DNA of 49,583 nt from IMG/VR virus record IMGVR_UViG_2737471854_000004, positions 1 through 49,583 of that record. One strand, 5' to 3'. The translations under genes were made by a program, and so were the position numbers. Position 1 is the stretch's first letter. Each line of letters begins with the position of its first letter. Origin of the DNA: a virus. Taxonomy: Duplodnaviria; Heunggongvirae; Uroviricota; Caudoviricetes. Shown in pieces: positions 1-9,632 of this stretch. The notes beneath the pieces were generated by a model, which saw only the letters and a list, made by a program, of their open reading frames with translations, had not been told where the DNA came from and searched no databases.

Positions 1-246
1 CTACGATAACCCACTCTTTTGTTGCCCCATTTTTGCCCCTTTTGCAGCGTTTTGCCCCATTTTTGCCACCGAAAAATGCGAGAATTTCTCAATCTGTAGC
101 CTGCAAATTGCGCCCATGAATTCTTTCCAAGAGAATCAGTTTCGGCTGGAAATCATTCAATACTCACACTAAAACAAAAAGCCCGCTTATGGTGGACTGC
201 AGGCTTTTAGATTCCGTGATTTAAAAACAATAGTTATAGAAACAAA

Positions 247-1455
247 TTACCAGCCTACAGCAATACCCCCTCCGATTACTGCTCCATCAGTATTATTCCA
301 TGAAGACGATGCACGAATATTGGTGTTTTCATTAAGTTTGTATTGAACACCAACAGCTACTGCATTACCGTTTCTATAGTTACCAACCCCAACGCCGGCA
401 CTAAATGTCTGGTTATTCACATACGGGATATTGGTCATTGCTGCTACGGAAGCAATACCTGCATTAGCTTTTTTAGCATTAGCTTCTATCTTATCATTCA
501 GCTGCTTAAATGTTGAATTTATCTTCCCATTAATTTGGTTAAATTTTGTATCAGTATATGCGAATGATTCTTGTTTTGCTGATTGTATGTTTTTATTAAT
601 AACACCGTTATTTTTCGTAACTTCCTGATCAGTGTATGCCAGTGATTCATTCTTGGCATTATTAATATTCTGATTTATCACAGCATTATTTTTGGTAACC
701 TGCTGATCTGTATATGCCAGTGATTCATTCTTGGCATTATTGATGTTTTGATTAATTACGGTATTATTTTTAGCTATCTCATTCCCAGTATAATCTTTCA
801 GTTGCTTAACGTTAACACCATCAGTATCCTCAGTACCTGCGGCAACATGGGTCAGTTGTCGATTAGTATTACCCGTCCCAAAAGATACACTATACTCTCT
901 GTCAGTTGTACTTCCCCCGCCGATGGCAACACTATTATTATGTTCAGCCACACTCTGTGAGCCTAGTGAGATGGCATTTTCTGCATTAGATGTAGCCCCT
1001 ACACCAATAGCTAATGTATCTCCTGCAGTCGCCTGGGCGGAGGAACCAAATGCAACACTGTTTTCCCCGGTTGCTTTAGACGCAGCACCTACACTTGTAG
1101 AATTAGCGACTGCCTCACTACCCGCACCATTTGCTATAGCTGAATCACCGTTTACTTTACTAAATGAACCAATGGCTACCGAGTTATTTCCAACAACATT
1201 TGCATTTGCGCCAATAGCTGACGATGAGTTACCTTGAGATGAAGAATATGAACCAATTGCAGTATTATAGGCTCCTTCGGTTTTTGAAACAGCGCCAATT
1301 GTTGTAGAAGAAGAACCTGAAGCATTTGCATATGCACCAATAGCTGTCGCATTACTATCAGTTGCCTGGCTATTATCACCGGCATTATAAGAATTATATG
1401 CATAAGAATTTGCTGAAACTGTAAATATAACAGAGGCTACAAATAGTTTTTTCAT
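247..1455 (-). CDS. Trimeric autotransporter adhesin, YadA/Eib-like (prophage moron)
   Basis: ORF 247..1497; likely start at MKKLFVASVIFTVSANSYA (signal peptide). Many NSxAxG head-type repeats, three tandem stalk repeats (NAVINQNINNAKNESLAYTDQQVTK), C-terminal membrane anchor ending GGIAVGW. Confidence 0.8.
   Translation of the reverse strand: MKKLFVASVIFTVSANSYAYNSYNAGDNSQATDSNATAIGAYANASGSSSTTIGAVSKTEGAYNTAIGSYSSSQGNSSSAIGANANVVGNNSVAIGSFSKVNGDSAIANGAGSEAVANSTSVGAASKATGENSVAFGSSAQATAGDTLAIGVGATSNAENAISLGSQSVAEHNNSVAIGGGSTTDREYSVSFGTGNTNRQLTHVAAGTEDTDGVNVKQLKDYTGNEIAKNNTVINQNINNAKNESLAYTDQQVTKNNAVINQNINNAKNESLAYTDQEVTKNNGVINKNIQSAKQESFAYTDTKFNQINGKINSTFKQLNDKIEANAKKANAGIASVAAMTNIPYVNNQTFSAGVGVGNYRNGNAVAVGVQYKLNENTNIRASSSWNNTDGAVIGGGIAVGW
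540..780. repeat. Tandem ~78-bp coding repeats inside the adhesin stalk
   Basis: Near-identical DNA units 'gtatatgccagtgattcattcttggcattatt...' repeated 2-3 times; correspond to the repeated peptide ESLAYTDQQVTKNNAVINQNINNAKN. Confidence 0.6.
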
Positions 1456-2250
1456 AGAAATGACGTATGTTAAATAGATTGAAAAGATAAGATTCAAATC
1501 AATTAAATGACGCTTTAAAAATAAGCGGCAGGATTTTATTCATCTGATAAAAATAGCGCAAGAGTTGTCTTATATGGAATATTCAGATAAGTCTTATTGA
1601 AAAAACGGTATAACAAATACATAACATTACGGCCATTATAAATACATTATAAAAATTACAGAGATATTTAATTAAATCCAAAGCATTTTTTCAATATGGA
1701 TTTCGAAGAACTTGTTATAGTACATTAATCAATCAATTATAGGTATTTCGCTCACTGTTCATATAGTTTTAATACATCAATGCATAAGAACATTTTCTCA
1801 TTCATAAAAGCGATAAAAACTGTTGTACCTTATATTGTTAATGTTTGGTAACAAAGACAAATCCAACAAGGCATTGATCATCCCCTATGATACCCATAGA
1901 AAGAATTATCTGAAATATAATAACGATATAAAGTATATTATTGCTAATGAAACTATATGATAGCTTCACATTCAGCAATACCTGCTCAACCTTATCTCTG
2001 GAAATGAACATTGCTAACTTTCCTACTCCTTAATCGTTCTCCCAGAGCGCATCATCCACACCGACAATCCCCTCAGGCATCAGCCAGGTGACATTTTCCG
2101 CTAATGGGCTGGTTCAGAGATAAATAGTGCGTCCCCGGAAGCCAAGTCAAAGAGCATTTTTCCCCTGTGACCTTCAACGGCTACTTACTGTTTAAAAACA
2201 GCTACGATGCCAGCATAGATACTCTTGAATACGATGTACTACGTTTTTTC

Positions 2251-2604
2251 TTATTCTGGACTGAACTCCCTAACCTGCTTCAAATCCAGGAGATTGCTCA
2301 GTTCCTCTTTCATTTCACGCTGATGACGATAAATCTCATTATTGCGATCAACCTGCGCCATAGCTGCAGCCAGCTCCTCCAGTTCCGTCATCGACAGTTT
2401 CACCTGCTGATTATCAGCATCACTCCATGTCATAACGTCCCACTGCCCTGAGTCAGCCCCTGCAGCCATTACCACCGGGTAAAGGCGGGCCAGCGAGTCG
2501 GGGCCGCCATTCCAGGTGTGTCCGTTCCATTCGAATGTGAACGGCTGCGCTTCCTGTTCTGTGCGCCACACCTCGATTTCCCGCTTTCTGGCATCCTTTC
2601 CCAC
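2251..2604 (-). pseudogene. Tail-fibre-assembly-like C-terminal fragment (remnant)
   Basis: 117-aa ORF with a motif (FTFEWNGHTWNG...) that I read as Tfa/DUF4376-like; no upstream partner gene; lies in a GC-rich block with broken frames. Confidence 0.3.
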
Positions 2605-3003
2605 GGCGATAAGTTCTGGCGTGACGGTGAACGCAGGGCTGTCCAGTGGCGTTTTGTTTTCGTCTCGTCCATGACGGTTTTGACAGCCTTTGGCGTGGCT
2701 GCCAGTACTTCGCTGTCGTTGTCTGTATCACTACAGAGTTGCGCCAGACCTTTTTTGTCGTGGAAGCATTGCTTCCCTTCAGATCATCAACTATCCATTG
2801 CGCCTCGTCCCTGTGCTGTTTCGCGCTCTGCTGCGCCTGCACCACAGTTTCCTGTCACCACGTCGGCAACTGTGCGCATCACACCTCTGAGGTGTTTACC
2901 CGGGATTTCAGAGTTATGTGGCATCCGTACATGGGGATGCCTGCGCCATCAATCAGCGCACCTGATATCACTACAGACATAGTTTTTCTCGCGATAAATT
3001 AAA

Positions 3004-3549
3004 TCAGGAAGAGGCTTCCAGAGAGACGGGCCATTCAATGGCGTTATATGAGGATTTATCAGTGATGGTGCTGAAATCCATCGCCTGCAGCGATTTCGCG
3101 TAAATGCGGTACGCTTTCAGCTTCTCCCTGTCGTCGTCACTGATTAATCCCAGCAGCAGGTCTTTTTCCCATTCGCTGGTCATGATGCTGACCCGTTGTA
3201 ACAGGGCATCGCGCTCATCTTCCGCTTTAAGTTTGTAGTCGAAGACAAATTTATCGTCGCGGTAAAACCAGTAACCAGGCACGGTAATACGGCGGTTAGC
3301 GGTAATATCAGGAACTTCAATAACACTGGCGTTACGGGGTTCAATGCCTGTCACATCCTTACCGACCCATACCACGCGCCCGTCTCCGGTGTAAACCATT
3401 TTTATGGTGTCACTGGCAAAATTTTTCAGCTCTTCATACCAGTTTTGGTCATCTTCCGAAAAAAGCCAGGTGATACCATGTTGTTTTGTCATCTGATATT
3501 GTTCTGCGGTTTTCGGATTGCCTGCAGTAATATTTTTTAAATGCAACAT
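3004..3549 (-). CDS. Tail fibre assembly protein (Tfa/gpU-like)
   Basis: 181 aa immediately downstream of the tail fibre gene; C-terminal ...KLKAYRIYAKSLQAMD...IEWP motif typical of tail fibre chaperones. Confidence 0.7.
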   Translation of the reverse strand: MLHLKNITAGNPKTAEQYQMTKQHGITWLFSEDDQNWYEELKNFASDTIKMVYTGDGRVVWVGKDVTGIEPRNASVIEVPDITANRRITVPGYWFYRDDKFVFDYKLKAEDERDALLQRVSIMTSEWEKDLLLGLISDDDREKLKAYRIYAKSLQAMDFSTITDKSSYNAIEWPVSLEASS

Positions 3550-3551
3550 TG

Positions 3552-5105
3552 TTAAACACTCGCCACGTTATACCAGGTGCCGTTAATCAGTTTCTGAAGC
3601 GGTCGGTAATACACGCCGTTGACGTTATCCGCTGAATTTTTACCAGTATCCGATATCGATATCCCTGACAATCCGTGTCCCGCAGGAGCGTGATATGTCC
3701 AAGAGATTACATTGCTGCCAGGTTTGTAATACATTTCGGAACCATAGCGCACATCCTGCACGCCGCCATTTCGCTGCTGATAACGGGCATCGAAATTTCC
3801 ATAGTTTGATGGGGTCATCTGTCCGTTTACAGCGAATGTGATACTGCCATCGGTATTTCTCTGGCTGTAAAAATGCCAGCCGGAATCATCACCAAGCTCT
3901 GCAACTACAGGTCGGGATGAATTACCCCATAAATTAAACGTTGCGTTTTTCGTGGAGTTGTTGGCGCTGGATAACGTGAATTTTTTAGCATTTCCGGCCT
4001 GAATATTTTTTAACGCTATCGCCACACCATTCTGGAAACGAAATACATGCTGTCCATTCGCATAAACATCCAGAATGCCGTCGCCGTTTTGTTTTATACC
4101 TGTATCGTTATCCCCGAAAGCAATTGAGTTTCCGCCCAGCGCGTTCTGAACGCCGATACCCAGTGCACCATTGACCTGAGAACCACCGCCAACAGACACT
4201 TTATGCGACATGGATATCTCTCCTGTCCGCAAATTAATGGTGAGCGGACGCAGGGGACCAATATCTCCATTCTCGCCCTGACCTTCACTAGTAGGGATAA
4301 GGTGCAGGCACTCTTCAGAACGGCGAAAAATAAGGCCAAAAGCCTCGTTAAAAATCCTCAATGCATTAACACCACGTATTTTCAGCTCCCCGGTCATCAA
4401 ATCACCAGATTTTTTTACATATCGCAGATCAAAATCTGAATAGATATTGCCGGGGTTTATCACACTGAAATAGCTTTTCTCGCTATCAAGAAGGCAAATC
4501 AAAGGAATACCCTTAATGATATCATTCGCTACCAGCTCGGACTTGTTCCCCTTATAAAGTGGGAACGTACCAAGAACCTTTCCGCCTAGTGTTAGTTGAA
4601 GTGTCGCCGCGTTGGTATTGTTCTGAACGGGGAAAACTATAATCGGGGTTCGTAGCGTCCAATCTGTACCTCCATTAACAAAAAACGTCGAGGGAAGTTC
4701 CAGCGTCAGTGCGTTTGCAGTGCCACCAGTAACACCCGCAATATAATGACCGCTCTGAAGCTGCGCTATCTGTACGAAATAGTTTTCCGAACCACGCGTG
4801 GCAAAGTTAGCCACAACATCATTAAGGGACCAACCTTTCGCGGTTGTTCCTTCCTGCCCACGAATGACTTTCAACACATCACCGCTTACCGATACCAAGT
4901 GACAAATCTCAAATGCAGACTCTTTATTATCGGTAAGCGTAATTTTTGCATAGACGCGTTGCCCGTTCGATTTATTTTCAAAATCGGCAGAAAGCAATTT
5001 TGCAAATTTAGCCCCTGTACCGGGCATTACCGGAATATCAGTCTGAATCGTGGTGATATCACCAGCCAGTGCTGAAACAACGTTATTGCCGAACCCAAGA
5101 ATCAT
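3552..5105 (-). CDS. Tail fibre protein
   Basis: 517 aa, Gly/Asn/Thr-rich, follows baseplate genes and precedes tfa with a 3-nt gap. Confidence 0.7.
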   Translation of the reverse strand: MILGFGNNVVSALAGDITTIQTDIPVMPGTGAKFAKLLSADFENKSNGQRVYAKITLTDNKESAFEICHLVSVSGDVLKVIRGQEGTTAKGWSLNDVVANFATRGSENYFVQIAQLQSGHYIAGVTGGTANALTLELPSTFFVNGGTDWTLRTPIIVFPVQNNTNAATLQLTLGGKVLGTFPLYKGNKSELVANDIIKGIPLICLLDSEKSYFSVINPGNIYSDFDLRYVKKSGDLMTGELKIRGVNALRIFNEAFGLIFRRSEECLHLIPTSEGQGENGDIGPLRPLTINLRTGEISMSHKVSVGGGSQVNGALGIGVQNALGGNSIAFGDNDTGIKQNGDGILDVYANGQHVFRFQNGVAIALKNIQAGNAKKFTLSSANNSTKNATFNLWGNSSRPVVAELGDDSGWHFYSQRNTDGSITFAVNGQMTPSNYGNFDARYQQRNGGVQDVRYGSEMYYKPGSNVISWTYHAPAGHGLSGISISDTGKNSADNVNGVYYRPLQKLINGTWYNVASV

Positions 5106-5728
5106 TTTTGAATCACCGTTGTTGCATAAGAATAAATAAAAGGGAGTTTTACATATTTCTGGTCAATGGCATCTTTCAGAAAATAGCCTATACCATCACC
5201 ATATTCTGGTATATGAATAGAAAAAACACTGTCCGACACAGTCACGCTCACATCAAAAGTGTGCTGCAACGGCGGGTCTATTCCATTTTTTCCATGAATG
5301 AACCGCGCCACACGGCGCTTTAACCAGTCAATGCAGAAATGCGAACCGTCAGCCTTATAAAAATTCCACGTTAATATTCGTTTGAAATAATCATCAGGAA
5401 CATACGATGCCTGCCCCGGAACGTAATTCCGCATTGCTGCATACGGGATCGTATTGTATTCAATGGTATCGTATGCGCCGCGTGCAATAGCCTCCTCGGA
5501 AACCTGTAGTAAAGGCCTTTCAACGCCATAAATCCCGAGTGCAATCCAGTCCAGCAATTGCCCGGTTATTGATTCCGATGTCCAGCATGGCAATGCCAGA
5601 TTGTTGAGTGAATCGAGGTATTCCTGAGCAATTTCATTGTATGCATCAAAGAACGCAACAACATTCGGATCATCTCTGTACTGCACAAATGGATAAGCAG
5701 GGAGAATTTTCTCAGTCAGATATTGCAT
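5102..5728 (-). CDS. Baseplate/tail protein (Mu gp48 / DUF2313-like)
   Basis: Position between baseplate J and tail fibre; start moved to the internal Met (MQYLTEK) to give a short overlap with the upstream gene. Confidence 0.45.
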   Translation of the reverse strand: MQYLTEKILPAYPFVQYRDDPNVVAFFDAYNEIAQEYLDSLNNLALPCWTSESITGQLLDWIALGIYGVERPLLQVSEEAIARGAYDTIEYNTIPYAAMRNYVPGQASYVPDDYFKRILTWNFYKADGSHFCIDWLKRRVARFIHGKNGIDPPLQHTFDVSVTVSDSVFSIHIPEYGDGIGYFLKDAIDQKYVKLPFIYSYATTVIQK

Positions 5729-6938
5729 ACTTGTTGACCTGAACCTGTGATGCCACCGTTGAAAAATAGGAATAGGTATCGCCATAAACCAGGCTTGTAT
5801 CTTTCGCCGGAAGAACAATGTGGCCGTTAATACCAATGCTCACACTGATTGTTGAGATCAACGTCGAATCAACCAGCAACCTGACAGAACTGGTAAAAAT
5901 ATCCTGGATACGCAGAAGATTTATCGGGTGTCCGACTTCAATTGAATTGATGTAATCAGCAACGTTTTGCTGCACAGCCATAGCAATACCCGCCGGATCA
6001 ACATAATCATCAGACACCGTGTTCCAGGTGATTAGCACCATGACGTTTTGTGATGACGGGATAACGAACGGCACCTGATAAACGTCCGGCGAAACGGTTA
6101 TTGAAACCGTGCGTTTTTCCACTGCCGCACCGGATGGATTGCTTACATCGTTGGTCAGTTTCGAAATATCCGGTACAGATTTGTAAATCGCATAAGCCAC
6201 ATCATACGGATCACCGCCACCAACAACCGCAACCCATTTCCCCAGCGACGACTGCCGGAAAGAAATCAGGTTTTCTCGCACACCGCTTACTGATTTGAGC
6301 ATCGCTTTAAAGCAATCCGGAGTTCCCTGCACACCAAACATGCCGGACTCCATGACTTCGGCGCGGTAAGATGCCCACGTCTGCGCCTCCTGACCTGGCA
6401 TCCCTGCGGTAAGGTTCGTGCATTTTACAGGCTGGTCTTTTGGTACTGAGGTAATAACCTGCGTCACAGTCCCTTCCGGCACAGCCCATGAGCCTGACGT
6501 TGTGGCCACACAGTAGACTGGTTCAGACTGCCCACTTTCCGGCACCACCGTATCGCGGGAAACTGCATACTGGTAGTTGCCATCACCGACAACAAATCCT
6601 TTAGGGATACCAAACCCCGGCAACGCCTCAAATACCACGTATACCGCAGTATTTGTACTTAATCCCTTCTGTGCTCCATAAATGTTTCCGAGTTGCATCA
6701 GTAACGGAATATTCGCACCGTATGGGCTTACGGAGTTAATAAGGTCCACCCGCGCCTGGTCTATTAATGCCAGCGCCCCGATAGCCGTGCTGGCAAGGTC
6801 TGTAATAAGTCCCGCCGGAAGGTTGGCTGTATATCTAGGTACTTTTTCAGCAACTCTGATGATAAGATTTGCAAGCAAATCATTGGGTGGCGTAGGCTGC
6901 GCCCCCGCACTGGTCATAGTAATTGGTATTTCTGACAT
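5712..6938 (-). CDS. Baseplate J-like protein
   Basis: 408 aa; size and position typical of baseplate J / Mu gp47 family upstream of the tail fibre. Confidence 0.55.
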   Translation of the reverse strand: MSEIPITMTSAGAQPTPPNDLLANLIIRVAEKVPRYTANLPAGLITDLASTAIGALALIDQARVDLINSVSPYGANIPLLMQLGNIYGAQKGLSTNTAVYVVFEALPGFGIPKGFVVGDGNYQYAVSRDTVVPESGQSEPVYCVATTSGSWAVPEGTVTQVITSVPKDQPVKCTNLTAGMPGQEAQTWASYRAEVMESGMFGVQGTPDCFKAMLKSVSGVRENLISFRQSSLGKWVAVVGGGDPYDVAYAIYKSVPDISKLTNDVSNPSGAAVEKRTVSITVSPDVYQVPFVIPSSQNVMVLITWNTVSDDYVDPAGIAMAVQQNVADYINSIEVGHPINLLRIQDIFTSSVRLLVDSTLISTISVSIGINGHIVLPAKDTSLVYGDTYSYFSTVASQVQVNKYAISD

Positions 6939-6949
6939 ATTTACTCCAT

Positions 6950-6977
6950 TAAAAAACCCGCTTTCGCGGGTTTTTTA
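6950..6977. terminator. Bidirectional intrinsic terminator hairpin
   Basis: AAAAAACCCGCtttcGCGGGTTTTTT: 6-bp GC stem flanked by an A-run and a T-run, so it reads as a terminator on both strands; sits directly after the cargo gene stop. Confidence 0.7.
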
Positions 6978-6978
6978 C

Positions 6979-8139
6979 TTATTCAACCTCTTCTAAACTG
7001 CTCACTCTGGACCCTCGGCGGAAATTATCATCATTTTTAACATACTCGTATGAATCCAGAATCAAACCAGATATGCGAAGTATATCTTCAGGATTAGTTA
7101 TATGTATCCTTTTACCATCCGTATCAAGTCGAGCTCGTCTTATTTCATTCAACTGAACTTCACTAAGCGAAATAGGTAAAGTTATAAATGAAGATTTTTT
7201 ATCATAAAATCTTAACAGCCATCTATTGGTTTTACCATTCAATAGTACGCCGAAATATGACTCAGTATCTTTATATTCTATATTATCTTCTGTTTGTATG
7301 ATTTGTTTTACCCTTTCAAATAGCTCCAATTCTTTGGCTGTGGTTATTATGTTGGGGTTTTCTTCATCAACAATGGCGTTATTAACTTGTGTATCCGTTG
7401 CATCATTTTCTTTAGTTTGCTCTACCGGTTGTGTAGATAGCCCGGAAACCACCATTGCGCTAACAGCGCGCTCAACGGCCTGTTTAACTAATGGAGTCAC
7501 GAACTCAAGAAATCTCTGATTAAGTTGTCTCTCAATATTTGAACGACTAGCAACATATCGAACAAACTCCAGATCAACTTCACGAAGACTAGAACTGATT
7601 GTTTTAGTAAATGAATTCAAATAAACACTTTCTTCAGCCAGTGTCCGTAAAGCCTCTGGTTTGAATTTATCATAACGAAAACGAAATAATTGTGTAATAT
7701 CGGAGTGAGTTAGAGAATCCATTCTTATTTTTAAAAACGGCGTTGAATCCATTATGTTTTTTTGTTTCAAATCCGTAAAAAAACGCCATTCAACACCATT
7801 TGTAATGGCTGATATAGTAACTTCCGGTGTTGAATTAAAATATCTTGATAGCTGTGGGCAGTGATTATCAATTTGTTCTGAAAACGATTTCGCCTCAATG
7901 AACATCACAGGAACATCATGACAAAATAAAGCGTAATCAACCCGTTCATTAGCCTTAACCCCGGGGAAGTCAGCACTATACTCAGCTTTGACTTTTCTTG
8001 GATCATACGGAGTAAAACCAAGAATATCTAGTAATGGCATAATGAGTGCTTGTTTTGTCGTTTCTTCAGTTGTACAAAACACCCCCATTTTTGCAACATG
8101 CTCTGTGTGTATTTTTAACTTATTTGCAAAATTTTCCAT
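6979..8139 (-). CDS. Cargo protein with N-terminal HsdR-N/Mrr-type PD-(D/E)xK nuclease-fold domain; C-terminal domain unknown
   Basis: ORF 6979..8154; GGAGG RBS favours the second ATG (MENFANK). Motif TEETTKQALIMPLLDILGF...VDYALF...VMFIEAKS...QLSRYF. AT-rich and non-overlapping, unlike its neighbours. Confidence 0.6.
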   Translation of the reverse strand: MENFANKLKIHTEHVAKMGVFCTTEETTKQALIMPLLDILGFTPYDPRKVKAEYSADFPGVKANERVDYALFCHDVPVMFIEAKSFSEQIDNHCPQLSRYFNSTPEVTISAITNGVEWRFFTDLKQKNIMDSTPFLKIRMDSLTHSDITQLFRFRYDKFKPEALRTLAEESVYLNSFTKTISSSLREVDLEFVRYVASRSNIERQLNQRFLEFVTPLVKQAVERAVSAMVVSGLSTQPVEQTKENDATDTQVNNAIVDEENPNIITTAKELELFERVKQIIQTEDNIEYKDTESYFGVLLNGKTNRWLLRFYDKKSSFITLPISLSEVQLNEIRRARLDTDGKRIHITNPEDILRISGLILDSYEYVKNDDNFRRGSRVSSLEEVE

Positions 8140-8288
8140 GCTTGTCTCCTCCATGGTAACAATATGTATTTTGCAAATCCGAAATAATATATGTCAATAT
8201 GCTCCAGCTTAGAAAATTACTCGCCCCCCTAAAATATCTCTCTACAGCACTCCAAACCAAGGTAAAAGTTTTATCATAAAACTGTGAT

Positions 8289-8636
8289 TCATACCGGCAC
8301 CTGCGTCCGGTAACTGGTCCCATTAAAAAACACAACATCGATGTTATAGGTGGGGTTATCTGCTCCATCTACCTTTGAAATTGCCAGTGATGCAAAATAC
8401 CCAGCAAACTGTTGCTGAACCATGTTCACATAGTAGTCTGGGTAAATCTGCTGCACGATGCACTGCTGCGCAGGAATACCGTAATTCGCGTAAAACGGCG
8501 ACTCCCCCAATCCCAGCTTTAACGTCTGAATGAGCGTCGTCAGCCAGCCGTAGGAGAAATCACCGTTGGCGTCAGATTCTACTGCAACCCATTTTTTGTT
8601 GCCGTTCGCGTCGGTGACGCGGCCCCATGTTCTCAT
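8289..8636 (-). CDS. Putative baseplate protein (gp46/gp25-position)
   Basis: 115 aa between the spike-like and J-like genes; assignment by position only. Confidence 0.35.
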   Translation of the reverse strand: MRTWGRVTDANGNKKWVAVESDANGDFSYGWLTTLIQTLKLGLGESPFYANYGIPAQQCIVQQIYPDYYVNMVQQQFAGYFASLAISKVDGADNPTYNIDVVFFNGTSYRTQVPV

Positions 8637-8836
8637 CGTGCCCCCATCACTTTAACTAACTCTGTCAGTACTGGTGAAAAGGCAAATGCTAAAGCTACGA
8701 GTGCAGCGGTGTAATACATGCGTCGTAAGGTATTGCTTTTTGCCACTAATTTTAAGGCTTTCACAATCCAGTCTCCTCCGCTAAAATTAATCACGGAAGA
8801 CCTCCAAACATACGTAATCATCCCTTGCGTATTCAA
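8633..8836 (-). CDS. Small hypothetical protein with hydrophobic segment
   Basis: 67-aa ORF overlapping the next gene by 4 nt; one predicted hydrophobic helix (AALVALAFAFSPVL). Confidence 0.3.
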   Translation of the reverse strand: MNTQGMITYVWRSSVINFSGGDWIVKALKLVAKSNTLRRMYYTAALVALAFAFSPVLTELVKVMGAR

Positions 8837-8847
8837 GGTGAGAAACA

Positions 8848-8885
8848 GAAAACCCCGACTGGGCCAACAGTCGGGGTTTTCGTTT
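8848..8885. terminator. Hairpin followed by T-runs (terminator-like, both strands)
   Basis: CCCCGACTGggccaaCAGTCGGGG followed by TTTTCGTTTT on the + strand and a T-rich run on the - strand. Confidence 0.5.
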
Positions 8886-8918
8886 TATGGTTAGAATTTA
8901 AAGTGAAATGAACCGGTA

Positions 8919-9632
8919 TTAACCAGGATTTGGTTTCTTCGACGTAATCGTGCTGCTGCCGCTTTGAACACCAGTCACATCGTGGCTGTGGCCGCTGACG
9001 CTCACGCCGTTGATAACTGCATCCATCTCGACATTAAGAGGACCAATCAGCGAAGCGGTTGTATCCTTCATCTGGGCTTTGTCCTGGACGATCGGTCCGT
9101 TGAGGTGAATTTTCCCGTTCAGGAAAATATCTTCGGCCTCGAGGTAAACAGCTTTCGACTTTTGCCTGATTTCTTCCAGAGCCACCATTACCGAGCTACT
9201 GCCGTCCTCTGTTTTGAGGATCGCGCCATCCGGACCGTACAAAACGATTTTTTGCGGATCTTCGTCGGACCACTCCTTGTTTGCCAGTGGCACGAAAAAC
9301 AGGGGAGTGAGCGACATCGAGTAAGAAAGCGTTGCCATACCGGTTCCCAATCCGGACACACCGCGCAGTGATACATCAGCGGCAATTGTTACTCCTCGAT
9401 CGCCCGGCTGTATCGGGTAACGGATATACGGGAATGTGGCGACAGGGATTGTTATCTGCGGGAAGTTGATCCCCTCCGGCAACATATCAAACTGAACTGT
9501 CACTATTTGCCCGCAGATATCGACAACATGGCAGGGCAATTCGCGGCCTTTAAGCTCGGCTTGTTGGTTACCAGAACTGGTCATCATCTCCGACAGTGTT
9601 CGGAGAAACGGTAATTTTTGAGCGTTTGACAT
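8919..9632 (-). CDS. Baseplate spike/assembly protein (gpV / Mu gp45-like)
   Basis: 237 aa; position between the hub-like and gp46-like genes. Confidence 0.5.
   Translation of the reverse strand: MSNAQKLPFLRTLSEMMTSSGNQQAELKGRELPCHVVDICGQIVTVQFDMLPEGINFPQITIPVATFPYIRYPIQPGDRGVTIAADVSLRGVSGLGTGMATLSYSMSLTPLFFVPLANKEWSDEDPQKIVLYGPDGAILKTEDGSSSVMVALEEIRQKSKAVYLEAEDIFLNGKIHLNGPIVQDKAQMKDTTASLIGPLNVEMDAVINGVSVSGHSHDVTGVQSGSSTITSKKPNPG

Noticed and set aside
923-1237. + strand ORF (104 aa) antisense to the adhesin gene, and similar antisense ORFs inside structural genes (e.g. 8964..9371, 10162..10608, 12196..12642, 20516..20797, 24105..24404)
   Set aside because: They lie wholly inside well-supported opposite-strand genes, have low-complexity Ala/Ser/Pro/Arg-rich composition and no RBS, and look like shadow ORFs of GC-rich coding sequence.
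2453-3002. Several overlapping ORFs on both strands (130, 67, 154, 118, 66 aa)
   Set aside because: Arg/Ser/Ala-rich mutually overlapping frames; the only protein-like reading is a broken side tail fibre motif, so I treat the region as a gene remnant rather than intact genes.
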